This document shows positions 24,874 to 34,566 of a stretch of 60,928 bases of DNA, piece after piece. Each line of letters begins with the position of its first letter. The first letter of the stretch is position 1. The stretch covers positions 1 through 60,928 of the forward strand of contig CAZZIG010000039.1 of NCBI GenBank assembly GCA_964653975.1, given 5' to 3'. Under the pieces are notes generated by a model. That model did not search any database, was not told the DNA's origin, and saw only the letters and a list, made by a program, of their open reading frames with translations. The stretch comes from an uncultured Acidimicrobiaceae bacterium. Lineage in GTDB: Bacteria > Actinomycetota > Acidimicrobiia > Spongiisociales > ZC4RG35. Made by a program: the position numbers and the translations under genes.

Positions 24874-27456
24874 ATGGATCGCAAGCCGTCGATGGGGGTT
24901 AGCGTCGCGTGTATGAGCCGAGGCAGGCTGCGTGTGTTTCTCGGGGCTGCCCCGGGTGTCGGCAAGACATTTGCCATGCTCGAGGAAGGCCATCGTCTGC
25001 AAAGGGAGAGGCGTGACGTTGTCGTGGGTTTCGTCAGCACCCACGATCGTGCTGACGTGTCCGATCTCCTCGAGGGTCTCGAGGTAATCCCCCCGCTGTC
25101 CTCTAGAGACCACGGTGACGCAGGTGGAGTCATGGATCTCAACGCTGTCCTCGCCCGGGCGCCACAGGTCGTGTTGGTCGACGAGCTCGCCAGGAGCAAT
25201 CCCTCGGGTTCGGCGTACGAGACACGTTGGGACGAGGTCGAAGAGCTTCTCGAGGCCGGAGTCGACGTACTGACGACTCTCAACGTGCAGAACCTGGAGT
25301 CGATGAATGACGTCGTATACGAGATAACCGGTGTCAGAGAGACCGACACCATCGCCGATGATCTCGTCCGTCAGCGAGCCGAAGTAGAGCTGGTCGATCT
25401 CACCCAGGAGGGCATTCAGGAGAGACTCACCGCTGGAAAGATCTATCCGGCCGAGGCGGTTGACGCCGCCCTGGCCAACTACTTCCGGCCAGGAAACCTC
25501 TCCGCGCTACGTGAGCTGGCCCTGTCCTGGACGGCGGATCGGGTAGACGAGACCCTCACCGAGTACCGACTGATGCACGGGATAGAGCAGCCGTGGGAGA
25601 CCAAGGAGCGAATCGTCGTTGGGCTCTTGGCTGCCGAAGGTGCCGATGTGATAGTCCGCAGGGCGGCGCGAACCGCGTTGAGGTCCCGCGCTGAACTGAT
25701 CGGGGTCTTCGTGCGGCCCACCGCCGGTCTCGATGACGACGAATCCCGGCATCTCGGAGACCTGAGAGGCCTGCTCGTGAGATTGGGCGGGTCATACCAC
25801 GAGGTGGTCGGTGACAACACTGCCGACGCGGTGGTTGCCTTCGCCAAAGCGGAGAACGCCACCCAAATCGTCTTGGGAGCCTCACGACGCCCTGGGCTGA
25901 GCGAGTGGCTCGGACGCTCCACGGTACGGCGGGTGATCAGAGACTCGGGAACCATCGAAGTTCACGTCATCTCCTATCAGGCAAGCCGACCCGCCCGTCG
26001 ACGAAGACCGCCCCGGCGGAGCGCTCTAAGCCTACGACGGAGGCTCCTCGCCTGGACCGCAGCAACACTCGGCTTGCCCGTATTGACGTTGCTGCTTCTC
26101 TCCCTGCGCGGCCAGATCGCTCTCGAGAACGTGCTCCTCGTCTACCTGTTGGCCGCGGTAGCGATTGGCGTCGTTGGGGGCGCTCTACCTGCGGTCGGAA
26201 GCGGGGTCGCAGGCTTTCTCCTCGCCAACTGGTATTTCACCCCTCCCTTCTTGACATGGAAGATCGCAGACGTCAGTCACCTCTTCTCTCTCTTCGCCTT
26301 CCTTCTCGTCACCTCATCAGTGGGTCTTCTCGTGGGCAACGCCACACGACGAAGCGTCGAAGCCCGCAGAGCGCGTGCCCAAGCTGAAGCGCTGGCAGCA
26401 ACCACCACCTCGGTCCATCCACAGCTCGCAGAACAGGCTTCTGGGTTGACGGGACGGATAAGGGATGTCTTCGCCATGAACGCCGCCGCTGTCCTGCACC
26501 GATCCGACGACGGCTGGGAACAACTCGCCGCAGTCGGCGCTATCGAGCTGAGTCACCCCGACGATGCCAGCGAAGTCATCCCACTGACCGACGACACGAT
26601 CCTCGCCCTCCACGGCGGCAGTCTCACCGGCGACGACCGCAGGATGCTCAGAGCATTCGCGGCCCAGATGGCCCAGGCGCTCGAACGGGAGAAACTCGAG
26701 AAAGAAGCAGCGGCTGTAGAGGCAATGGCCGAGACCGACCGTCTCCGAACCGCCCTCCTTAATGCCGTATCCCACGACCTACGAACCCCACTAGCGACCA
26801 TCAAGGCATCGGTCACCAGTCTCCTCGAAACCGAGGTCGCCTGGTCTCCTGACCAGACCCAATCATTCCTGGAAGTCATCCTCGAGGAGACGGAACATCT
26901 CAATCGAGTCGTGGGGAGACTCCTCGACGCCAGCCGCATCCAAGTCGGGGCCGTGCATGTCTTCTATGCCTCTGTTGGTTTGGACGAGGTGATCTCCTCG
27001 GCACTGTCTGGTCTCGCCGCCGTGGAGAACCGCGTCGTGGTAGACGTTGCCGACGACCTACCACCGGTGCATACCGACCCTGCGCTTCTCGAACGTGTCG
27101 TCGCCAATCTCATCGAGAACGCCCTCACCTGGTCGCCTTCGGATCACGATGTGCGAGTCAGCGCAGGTGAGGTATCGGGACGCGTCGACCTGAGGATCAT
27201 CGATCGCGGTCCGGGAATCCAGCCCGACCAAAGAGAGACCATCTATCAGCCATTTCAGAGGCTGGGGGATTCCCCGAAGGGAAGCGGCGTCGGACTCGGC
27301 CTGGCGGTAGCCCGCGGCCTGCTCGAGGCGATGGACAACGAGTTGCTCATCGAAGACACGCCAGGAGGAGGGACCACCATGGTGATTGGCTTCAGACCCG
27401 CACCACTCATCGATGCCCCGGTCGGAGTTCTGTCTGAAATCGCAGCTGATGACTGA
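24874..27456 (+). CDS. kdpD: KdpD sensor histidine kinase
   Basis: GRLRVFLGAAPGVGKT, VLVDELA, TTLNVQNLES, NYFRPGNLSALRELAL, Usp domain, four TM helices, SHDLRTPL, DRGPGI, GLGL. Likely start 24913. Confidence 0.95.
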   Translation: MDRKPSMGVSVACMSRGRLRVFLGAAPGVGKTFAMLEEGHRLQRERRDVVVGFVSTHDRADVSDLLEGLEVIPPLSSRDHGDAGGVMDLNAVLARAPQVVLVDELARSNPSGSAYETRWDEVEELLEAGVDVLTTLNVQNLESMNDVVYEITGVRETDTIADDLVRQRAEVELVDLTQEGIQERLTAGKIYPAEAVDAALANYFRPGNLSALRELALSWTADRVDETLTEYRLMHGIEQPWETKERIVVGLLAAEGADVIVRRAARTALRSRAELIGVFVRPTAGLDDDESRHLGDLRGLLVRLGGSYHEVVGDNTADAVVAFAKAENATQIVLGASRRPGLSEWLGRSTVRRVIRDSGTIEVHVISYQASRPARRRRPPRRSALSLRRRLLAWTAATLGLPVLTLLLLSLRGQIALENVLLVYLLAAVAIGVVGGALPAVGSGVAGFLLANWYFTPPFLTWKIADVSHLFSLFAFLLVTSSVGLLVGNATRRSVEARRARAQAEALAATTTSVHPQLAEQASGLTGRIRDVFAMNAAAVLHRSDDGWEQLAAVGAIELSHPDDASEVIPLTDDTILALHGGSLTGDDRRMLRAFAAQMAQALEREKLEKEAAAVEAMAETDRLRTALLNAVSHDLRTPLATIKASVTSLLETEVAWSPDQTQSFLEVILEETEHLNRVVGRLLDASRIQVGAVHVFYASVGLDEVISSALSGLAAVENRVVVDVADDLPPVHTDPALLERVVANLIENALTWSPSDHDVRVSAGEVSGRVDLRIIDRGPGIQPDQRETIYQPFQRLGDSPKGSGVGLGLAVARGLLEAMDNELLIEDTPGGGTTMVIGFRPAPLIDAPVGVLSEIAADD

Positions 27457-28147
27457 GGGAGGGCGAGTTCTCGTCGTAGATGATGAGATACAGATGGTTC
27501 GCGCCCTCACCGTCAACCTCCAAGCACTCGGTTATGAAGTCGATGCCACCGGTACGGGAGAAGACGCCCTGAAGAAAGCTGCGGAACACACACCCGACGC
27601 TGTCATCCTCGACTTGGGACTCCCCGGCATCGACGGAGTGGAGGTGATTCGAGGATTGCGCGGATGGACCAGGATCCCGATCATCGTGCTCTCGGTCCGA
27701 GAGGAGGAACGGGAGAAGATCGCCGCCCTCGACGCCGGAGCCGACGACTATGTGACCAAGCCATTTGGCATGGGTGAGCTCCTCGCCCGGCTGCGTGCTG
27801 CTCTACGTCGCTCATCCGGAACAGACCGTTCCGCACCTGTCGTCGAGACCCCCGATTTCATCATCGATCTTGCCGCAAAGCGGGTCACCAGACCTAGTGG
27901 AGAAGAGATCCGACTCACCCCGACCGAGTGGGGCATCGTCGAAGTGCTTGCGTCCAATCGAGGCAAACTCGTCTCCCAGGTCCAACTTCTTCGCGATGTC
28001 TGGGGACCCAACTACGGCGAGGAGACAAACTACCTACGAGTGTTCATGGCCCAGATCCGGCGAAAGCTCGAACCCGACCCAACCGGCGGCCCCCGCTACT
28101 TCATCACCGAACCGGGCATGGGATACCGCTTCGAGGTCGCCGATTGA
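27449..28147 (+). CDS. kdpE: KdpE response regulator (OmpR family)
   Basis: RVLVVDDE, ILDLGLPG, AGADDYVTKPF, YLRVFMAQIRRKLEPDP, TEPGMGYRF; the ATG at 27449 overlaps the kdpD end. Confidence 0.95.
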   Translation: MTEGGRVLVVDDEIQMVRALTVNLQALGYEVDATGTGEDALKKAAEHTPDAVILDLGLPGIDGVEVIRGLRGWTRIPIIVLSVREEEREKIAALDAGADDYVTKPFGMGELLARLRAALRRSSGTDRSAPVVETPDFIIDLAAKRVTRPSGEEIRLTPTEWGIVEVLASNRGKLVSQVQLLRDVWGPNYGEETNYLRVFMAQIRRKLEPDPTGGPRYFITEPGMGYRFEVAD

Positions 28148-28200
28148 CCCAGGTGGTGGTATCCACAATCGGCGAATCATCAGATTCTGGACGGTCATCC

Positions 28201-28224
28201 TCCCTTCCATGATCTGGGAAGGGA
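28201..28224 (+). terminator. Hairpin after kdpE
   Basis: TCCCTTCC-N8-GGAAGGGA; no U-tail. Confidence 0.4.
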
Positions 28225-28501
28225 TTGACGCGAGATGAGATTGACACTGTCTGTGGCACGGTCAGCTGCGCTGGTCGCTTCCAGATCGCTCAATCTCGAC
28301 CTGCCGCGGTGGGATTGCCCGCCCTGGTTCGGCGGTAGGGGCCGAACTCCATAGTCCGTAGCCGAGGCCGACTAGCCCGAAGGCCAACACGAATACGGCT
28401 CCCAGCGAGAAGGGCCGGGGGAAGGGAACTGGATGCCGGCTGCCAAAGCACCGAAGCGGACTCCGAGGGCGAGACCGCCGAAGGCGATCATTCCCGGATG
28501 A

Positions 28502-31216
28502 CTATGTAGCGCGGCGTGGTGGCGTGGTCGGTGCCGAACGCACAGTCGCCGCAGTGACCAGGCCGATCGCCAACGGCAGCACGACCAGCAGGACGCCGAT
28601 GCCTGCCCACGGGATGTGCAACGCCGACGAGTCGAACACGTCGAAGTTGCCCACCTGGGTGTAACCGCTCAGCCCCGCTGAATAGACGGTCCTCATCAAC
28701 AGCAGTGTCAGTGGGATGGCGAGGAGACATCCGAACAGAGTGTGGAGGCTCGATTGCAGGCCGAGGTACTTTCGTCGGATGGAGTTGGTCGCACCGACCG
28801 CCACGACAGTGCGTAGATCGTTGTCTGCCTCGGCTGCCGAGAGTGCGGTGATGGTGGCGACCACTATGAGCACCACCAGCATGGTGGCCAGGAGGATGAG
28901 AGCCAGGATCGTGCCGGATGATATGTCGGCTCCGCCACCGCCACTCATGTCCAGGACGGTATCGTCGGGCCAGGTCGCCTCCCACAGTGGCCGGCCCGGC
29001 TCGTGGAATGGGTTGATCGACTGAAGCCAGGTCTCTTCGATCTGTACGAGCGTGACGCTGCGGCGATCGAGTCCTTCGTACTCAGATGCGGTCTCCTCGG
29101 TGACCATGACTCTGGGGAACGACCAAAGCTGCACGGGGATCGGAACCTCCGCCGTCTCGACGACGCGGCCGTCGATCTCGATGCTGTTGACCCGGTCCTC
29201 CACCCCGATCAGAGCCATGCCGTCACGCGCCAGCGCCGTCTCCAGCCGCTCGTCGTCGAGGAAAGAGAGGATTTCCTCGTTGGCCACGCTCATCCGCCAG
29301 GGCGAGAGGTAGTGCCCACCCGAATCCAGGTTGCGATCGGGACTCTTGAATGCCTCGAGCTCGGCCGGGTACTTGATGGGCACGTCGATCACCTCGAAGC
29401 TGGCGATCTCAGAACCAGTGACCAGAGCCTCGACGCGGGCCAGGTCATCGTCGGTGAATGGCAGGGACTCTCCGGACTGTGAGTGCAGCCCGTTGATGAG
29501 GATCTGGCCGCGGTGGGGCGACAGTCCCATGATCCGGTTGCTGGCCTCGCTCTGCTCGATGGTGGCCAGCGCGCCGACGGGCGCCATGAGGATCACCATG
29601 GTGGCGGCCACGGCAGCGGCAGCCCGGCCCCGTTGTCGCCCGGAGTCTCGAAGGACGATCCTCGGGGTGATAGGGAAACGCTCGGCATGCTTGCTGATCC
29701 AGGCCACCATGGGCCCGGCGAGCAAGGCAGCGCCGCCGATCATCAGGACGGCGCCGATGACACCCACAGCTGCCGATCCGCCGCCGCCGCCTGCGAGTCC
29801 AACGCCGAGCAGCAACACACCGAAGGCTCCCAATCCCAAGCCGACAGGGATGATCCAACGCTTGGGTCGACCAACAGGCATGCGCCCTTGCAGAGCAGTG
29901 AGCGTGGGCACCCCCGATGCGGTCCGCGCCGGGACCCAGGCTGCGATCACACAGGCGACCACGGCAACCAGAACCGGACCGGCGATGTCGAGCAGGCTGA
30001 ACGGAAACTCCTCGATACGACGTTCCACGAACTGCTGCAATGTGGAGCGGCCGAGAACCACCAAGAGGAAAGCGCCTGCCGATCCGGCGATCCCGGCGAG
30101 GAGGCCGATGACGATGCCCTCACCGACAACCGTGGAGCGGACGTGCTTGGTCGATGCGCCGTTGGCGCCGAGAAGGCCGATCTCACGGAGACGGCGTCGA
30201 GTACCCGTGGCGAAAGCGGCCCCGGCTATGAATGCCACCTCGGCGAGGATCAAGGCAGCGACGCCGGTCCCGATCGCCGGCCCGGTCTCGACGACGCTCG
30301 TGTTGTTCCACATCGTCCAATCGCTCTTGGTCTGGGCGTAGGTCTCAGGCAGCGTCTGTTCCACACCGTTGAGGAAGAGGATCTCCATGTAGGCCATTGC
30401 CGCCTCGTCGCCCTCCTCGGCGATGATTCGGTCCATCTCTACGAGCTCGGTCTCTGACAGTGCGGCGTAGTAGAACTCGGGGATGAACCAGTAGCGCTCT
30501 GGCATGGGCCATTCCCGGTCGGTTGGATAGAAGTCGTAACGGGCCCGGTCCCAGGCCTCGGAATAGGAGGCATTGAACGCCAGGTCGTCTTCGACCTTCA
30601 GCATCAGCAGCTCACCTGGTTCGCGGTCGCCGAGAAACGAGTCCATACCCGCAGGGCTGACGACGGCCTCGTTCGTTTCCCAGAAGATCGGATGCGATGC
30701 CAGGCCCACCACTTCGAAGCGTGACGTGGAATCGGATGAGATGTCCAGCTCGATCGTGTCCCCCAGATCCGCTTCGAAGACCGACGCCAGATGCTCCGTT
30801 ACGACTATCTCGTCGACGGCGGCGGGCATCCTGCCCTCGACAAGGGTCAGGATTCCTTCCGACAATGGGTCGTCGAGATCCATGTCGCTCACTCGACCCC
30901 ATTGACGGGGGGCGAATGTCCTGTGATCTACCCGGAACTGGATACGCTCGGCGTTTGGCGCCAGTTCGGCGATCGTCGACTCGACCCATGCGTCCAACTC
31001 GCCGTCGCCGCCGAACCGCTCGAGGAGGACGTTGGCCTGTCCGAACTGCGACGTGGCCCGCTCTTCGGGTGACACGTAGCTGGCGGTGACGAAAACTGAC
31101 GCCATCACCGCAACCATCACCGGGACAGCGATAAGCGCTACCAGATAGAAAGTGCGTTTCCTGTTGCGTCGGGCGTTCTTGAAGGCGACGCGAAGAGCGG
31201 CCCGGCGCCCGGTCAT
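28502..31216 (-). CDS. FtsX/MacB-like ABC exporter permease (two FtsX domains)
   Basis: N-terminal TM helix, RRRLREIGLLGANGAS, second FtsX domain (DLRTVVAVGAT), large extracytoplasmic loops. Confidence 0.88.
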   Translation of the reverse strand: MTGRRAALRVAFKNARRNRKRTFYLVALIAVPVMVAVMASVFVTASYVSPEERATSQFGQANVLLERFGGDGELDAWVESTIAELAPNAERIQFRVDHRTFAPRQWGRVSDMDLDDPLSEGILTLVEGRMPAAVDEIVVTEHLASVFEADLGDTIELDISSDSTSRFEVVGLASHPIFWETNEAVVSPAGMDSFLGDREPGELLMLKVEDDLAFNASYSEAWDRARYDFYPTDREWPMPERYWFIPEFYYAALSETELVEMDRIIAEEGDEAAMAYMEILFLNGVEQTLPETYAQTKSDWTMWNNTSVVETGPAIGTGVAALILAEVAFIAGAAFATGTRRRLREIGLLGANGASTKHVRSTVVGEGIVIGLLAGIAGSAGAFLLVVLGRSTLQQFVERRIEEFPFSLLDIAGPVLVAVVACVIAAWVPARTASGVPTLTALQGRMPVGRPKRWIIPVGLGLGAFGVLLLGVGLAGGGGGSAAVGVIGAVLMIGGAALLAGPMVAWISKHAERFPITPRIVLRDSGRQRGRAAAAVAATMVILMAPVGALATIEQSEASNRIMGLSPHRGQILINGLHSQSGESLPFTDDDLARVEALVTGSEIASFEVIDVPIKYPAELEAFKSPDRNLDSGGHYLSPWRMSVANEEILSFLDDERLETALARDGMALIGVEDRVNSIEIDGRVVETAEVPIPVQLWSFPRVMVTEETASEYEGLDRRSVTLVQIEETWLQSINPFHEPGRPLWEATWPDDTVLDMSGGGGADISSGTILALILLATMLVVLIVVATITALSAAEADNDLRTVVAVGATNSIRRKYLGLQSSLHTLFGCLLAIPLTLLLMRTVYSAGLSGYTQVGNFDVFDSSALHIPWAGIGVLLVVLPLAIGLVTAATVRSAPTTPPRRAT

Positions 31217-31935
31217 GAGTAGATGTCGGCTGTCGAAGTGGGAACAGTGGAGCGAACTGAGATCTCCTCGATTTGACCATCACGCAGGCGCACCACCCGG
31301 TCGGCCCAGGCGGCGAACGCCGGCTCGTGGGTCACCATGAGGGCAGACGCTCCAAGCTCACAGCGCTCACGCAGAAGTTTGAGGATGCTCTCACCCGTAG
31401 CCTCGTCCAAGGCACCCGTTGGCTCATCGGCGAGAAGCAACGTCCTCGGCCCAACCAGCCCTCGGGCGATGGCAACCCGCTGTTGCTCGCCGCCGGACAG
31501 CTGGTCGGGGTACCGGTCCCCCATACCCCCCAGACCCACCTCCTCCAACGAGAGATCTGCGTAGGCGCGCGCTTCCTTGACATCCATGCCGTCCAGCTCG
31601 AGGGGGAGTGCGATGTTCTCAGCGGCGGTGAGAGCCGGGAGGAGATTGAATTGTTGAAAGACGTATCCCACGGAGACGCGGCGAATTCGTGCCAGGTCAT
31701 TGTTGGCCAGATCACCGAGATCCTTGCCTTCGACCCAGACGTTCCCGGTGGTGGGCTCGTCGAGAGCACCGGCGATGTTGAGCAAGGTCGTCTTGCCCGA
31801 GCCGCTGCGTCCCGTGATGGCGACGAACTCACCTGCTGCCACGTCGAGGTCGATGTCGACCAGGGCGTCGACGCGCTGCGCTCCCTTGCCATGGGTCTTC
31901 CCCACTCTGCGCATCTTCAGGATCGGCTCGCTCAC
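31213..31935 (-). CDS. LolD/MacB-type ABC ATPase
   Basis: GTG at 31935 overlaps the PadR stop; GRSGSGKTT, VFQQFNL, LSGGEQQRVAIAR, ADEPTGALD. Confidence 0.93.
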   Translation of the reverse strand: MSEPILKMRRVGKTHGKGAQRVDALVDIDLDVAAGEFVAITGRSGSGKTTLLNIAGALDEPTTGNVWVEGKDLGDLANNDLARIRRVSVGYVFQQFNLLPALTAAENIALPLELDGMDVKEARAYADLSLEEVGLGGMGDRYPDQLSGGEQQRVAIARGLVGPRTLLLADEPTGALDEATGESILKLLRERCELGASALMVTHEPAFAAWADRVVRLRDGQIEEISVRSTVPTSTADIYS

Positions 31936-32492
31936 TTCACACGCTCCTCCGCCGGGCTGTCGGCCGGCGTCTTTGTGGTTGGCCTCGCTTTGTTGAGACG
32001 TTCCTCGACCCGGTCGAGCCACTTAAGCTCGGCCTCGGCGGAATACATGAGACGGTCGAGATGAAGCTGCCAGGCAAGGTCGCTGTCATTGTCCTGTGCC
32101 CGCAGCTGGGTGAAGTCCTGCAGCAGACCCATCGTGGAGCGACGCTGGGTCTCGATGACCTGTGCCGGGTCCAACCCTTCGGTGTAAAGCGAGAGCAAGA
32201 CCTTGATGGAGATCTCATCACGTCCCGCGGCCGCCAGACCCTCGGGTCTGGACACCCACTCCCGCAAGACAGCAACACCGCTTTGGGTGATCTCGTAGAT
32301 GGAGCGGCCTTCCTCGTCGGGACCGCCTCCTTCCACGAGACCGTCGCGTTCGAGCCGCTGCAAAGTGGTGTAAACCTGACCAACGTTGATGCTGATCGCA
32401 TCACCGGTGGCGGCCTCGAGGTCGAGTTTCAACTGGTATCCGTGGCGGGGGCCAGCGGCGAGCAGTGCGAGAAGTCCTTCTTTTATACCCAT
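31932..32492 (-). CDS. PadR family transcriptional regulator
   Basis: LLALLAAGPRHGYQLK, NVGQVYTTLQRLERDG, YEITQSG, AELKWLD. Confidence 0.92.
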   Translation of the reverse strand: MGIKEGLLALLAAGPRHGYQLKLDLEAATGDAISINVGQVYTTLQRLERDGLVEGGGPDEEGRSIYEITQSGVAVLREWVSRPEGLAAAGRDEISIKVLLSLYTEGLDPAQVIETQRRSTMGLLQDFTQLRAQDNDSDLAWQLHLDRLMYSAEAELKWLDRVEERLNKARPTTKTPADSPAEERVK

Positions 32493-32499
32493 TTTCCTA

Positions 32500-32539
32500 C
32501 ATACTCTGTGACTAGTTGCGGAGTATGCATACCGGGTAT
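32500..32539. promoter_or_regulatory. Putative PadR autoregulatory operator
   Basis: CATACTC-N14-GAGTATG (32500-32527) followed by ATACC-G-GGTAT (32529-32539), immediately upstream of padR. Confidence 0.5.
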
Positions 32540-32678
32540 CTATATGTCAAGACCCAAATCACAGGCAACGCAGCCAACGAAGTCGGACACCAACCGGACC
32601 CCGAGGTAGCACCAGATCCCACGAGCCTTCCTGGTTCCTTCCAAAATCTGGACGCGGGATGGAGACGGGATGAGACGA

Positions 32679-32754
32679 CCGAGGTGCTGGCCGGAGACCA
32701 GCACCTTTGTGGGCGGGACGGCGGGATTTGAACCCACGACCTCAGCGTCCCGAA
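32679..32754 (-). repeat. Displaced 3' half of tRNA-Pro plus downstream hairpin (att site)
   Basis: 32710-32754 matches 34567-34611 at 41/45 positions. The hairpin GGTGCTGG...CCAGCACC (32683-32705) is also present after the intact tRNA (34521-34562). Confidence 0.9.
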
Positions 32755-32848
32755 AGGTGCCGGGCCGATTTTCTTAAGACTGATTTGGACGAATTACCAG
32801 GTCAGAGCATATGAGCGGACTGGCGTGGACCCCTCCGATTGTGGGCGG

Positions 32849-32870
32849 ATGTTCGATAAATGTTCGATGA
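32849..32870. repeat. Tandem 11-bp repeat, left (arm-type-like)
   Basis: ATGTTCGATAA ATGTTCGATGA. Confidence 0.8.
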
Positions 32871-33031
32871 AGGTCGCGAAAGTGACGCTATTTCCGATCA
32901 CCCATCCTGCATCGTTCTGACTTACGATGGCCTAAATGGTCGCCTATCTACTCATTCCTCTTCGGAGCCACGCCGATGGGACCGTGGAAGAGTTATCAAG
33001 CCGGGGTCCATAAGGTGGGGATTCGGCCGCC

Positions 33032-33802
33032 TCACGGTTCATACACGTCCAGGGTTATGGCTTCGACTAATCCACTAGGTCCGACGAAGAAGTCCACCGT
33101 CCACCATTTCAGGCAACTGTCGATTGAGTCGTCGCTGGGCTGGATGCTTAAACGGGTGTGATCGTCCAGACCCTTCGGTGCGGGCTGAGGCGAGCTAACG
33201 CAGTGGGGATGGGGACCCACGCGGACGACAAAGTCGTCTGCTTGCTCCAGCAGCATAAGGGCGGAGAATGGTCCTACATACGCTCTGAACAGCTCGGCAT
33301 CGATCACCCACGAACTCGGACTCTGCAGGTCGTCGGCCTCGACGGTTAGCTCGATCTGTGGCCCTAAACCCAGGTCGACTGAGTCCGCTAGAGGTAGCTG
33401 CGAGAAAGACTCGGCGGTGCCTGTTTGCGCAAACTCTACGAACGCCTCCACCAACGAGACGTCAGCGCCGGAGGGGGACGGCATCGCTGTGGTTGGCGGT
33501 GAGCTTGTGGTTGTAGTCGGACGCGAGGTCGTCGTAGTCGTGGACGAGGTCGTCGTTGTGCTGGTGGACAAGGCCGTCGTGGTGGTCGATTGGGTGCCAG
33601 CCGGAGGTATATCTTGCGGCCCGGGCCATACGGATCCAATTCCCAGGAATGTGGCAACGCCCAATAGCGCCGCGAGAGTGCCTCCTGCAACTACTCGACG
33701 CCGACGCGTCCGGCGGAGTAGACCGAGATCCGGACGTTCAGAACGGGAGGCTGCATCCGTCACCGCTCTACCGGCCCGTTCAGCGAACTTCTCAAAAGAC
33801 AT
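33032..33802 (-). CDS. Bitopic membrane protein, probable ECF partner (anti-sigma/sensor-like)
   Basis: Short basic cytoplasmic N-terminus, one TM helix, Thr/Ser/Pro linker and an extracellular domain with two Cys; overlaps the sigma gene end. Confidence 0.7.
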   Translation of the reverse strand: MSFEKFAERAGRAVTDAASRSERPDLGLLRRTRRRRVVAGGTLAALLGVATFLGIGSVWPGPQDIPPAGTQSTTTTALSTSTTTTSSTTTTTSRPTTTTSSPPTTAMPSPSGADVSLVEAFVEFAQTGTAESFSQLPLADSVDLGLGPQIELTVEADDLQSPSSWVIDAELFRAYVGPFSALMLLEQADDFVVRVGPHPHCVSSPQPAPKGLDDHTRLSIQPSDDSIDSCLKWWTVDFFVGPSGLVEAITLDVYEP

Positions 33803-34349
33803 CGGTGAAGCCCTTCGCCTCCAGCTGCCGTCTTAGCCGTTCTCGCCCCTGATGGAGAAGCGCCCGAACAGTCCCCTCCGCGATCCCCAAGACACCAGCA
33901 ATCTGAGCAACCGCGAGATCATCGATGTATCGCAGTACCAACACCTGAGCCTGGCGCTCGGGAAGGCGCCTCACCTCACCCCAGAATTCATCAAACTCAG
34001 TTGGGAGGGGAGACATGGTGACTCTGTTTGTCGGACCAAGTCGCAGGAAGGCCGCGGTCTCGGCCCCCAACCGCCGAAACCGAGAGGTGGCCAAATTGAT
34101 GGCGACCCTCCTGACCCATCCCGACGGCGACTCCATCTTCTCGACCCGATGCCAGTCGCGGTGAACGCGCAAGAACGCATCCTGAGCAAGGTCTTCGGCC
34201 ACCCATCGACTCCCAGTCAGCCCATAGATGACGGCGACCACTTGGCGGTACTCCTCCCGGTAGAACAGATCGAAAGAGCTAGGCACTTGAACGTCATCAA
34301 GTCGATCCTGGCCGGCCAATTCATCCTCGCTGTGCTCTATCTGGTGCAC
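33792..34349 (-). CDS. ECF sigma-70 factor (SigE-like family)
   Basis: AEDLAQDAFLR, WVRRVAIN (region 2); LPERQAQVLVLRY...IAGVLGIAEGTVRALLHQGRERLR (region 4). Confidence 0.92.
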   Translation of the reverse strand: MHQIEHSEDELAGQDRLDDVQVPSSFDLFYREEYRQVVAVIYGLTGSRWVAEDLAQDAFLRVHRDWHRVEKMESPSGWVRRVAINLATSRFRRLGAETAAFLRLGPTNRVTMSPLPTEFDEFWGEVRRLPERQAQVLVLRYIDDLAVAQIAGVLGIAEGTVRALLHQGRERLRRQLEAKGFTDVF

Positions 34350-34489
34350 ACCCTAAGAACGCATCAGCCACGAATTGCGCTTAGACAGATCTGAGACCTC
34401 CGGTGTGTCTCATGAGCTTGAAGGCCATATGGCCGGAGGATCACCACCTAGAAGAATACCCGTGATCTTCAAGAACTTCCAGGATCTGG

Positions 34490-34511
34490 ATGTTCGATGA
34501 ATGTTCGATGA
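34490..34511. repeat. Tandem 11-bp repeat, right (arm-type-like)
   Basis: ATGTTCGATGA twice, plus a partial ATGT; same orientation as the left copy. Confidence 0.8.
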
Positions 34512-34566
34512 ATGTGCCGAGGTGCTGGCCCGAGGCCTGTCTGCAAGCCTCTGACCAGCACCTATA

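Noticed and set aside
28263-28491. Possible frameshifted membrane-protein remnant on the minus strand (MIAFGGLALG... / ...SLGAVFVLAFGLVGLGYGLW)
   Set aside because: Needs a frameshift at a C-run and matches no family I recognise.
33500-33600. Repetitive ACC/ACG-rich tracts here and in lipoprotein N-termini
   Set aside because: They encode Thr/Ser-rich linkers; not CRISPR or DNA repeats. No CRISPR array or cas gene was seen in the window.
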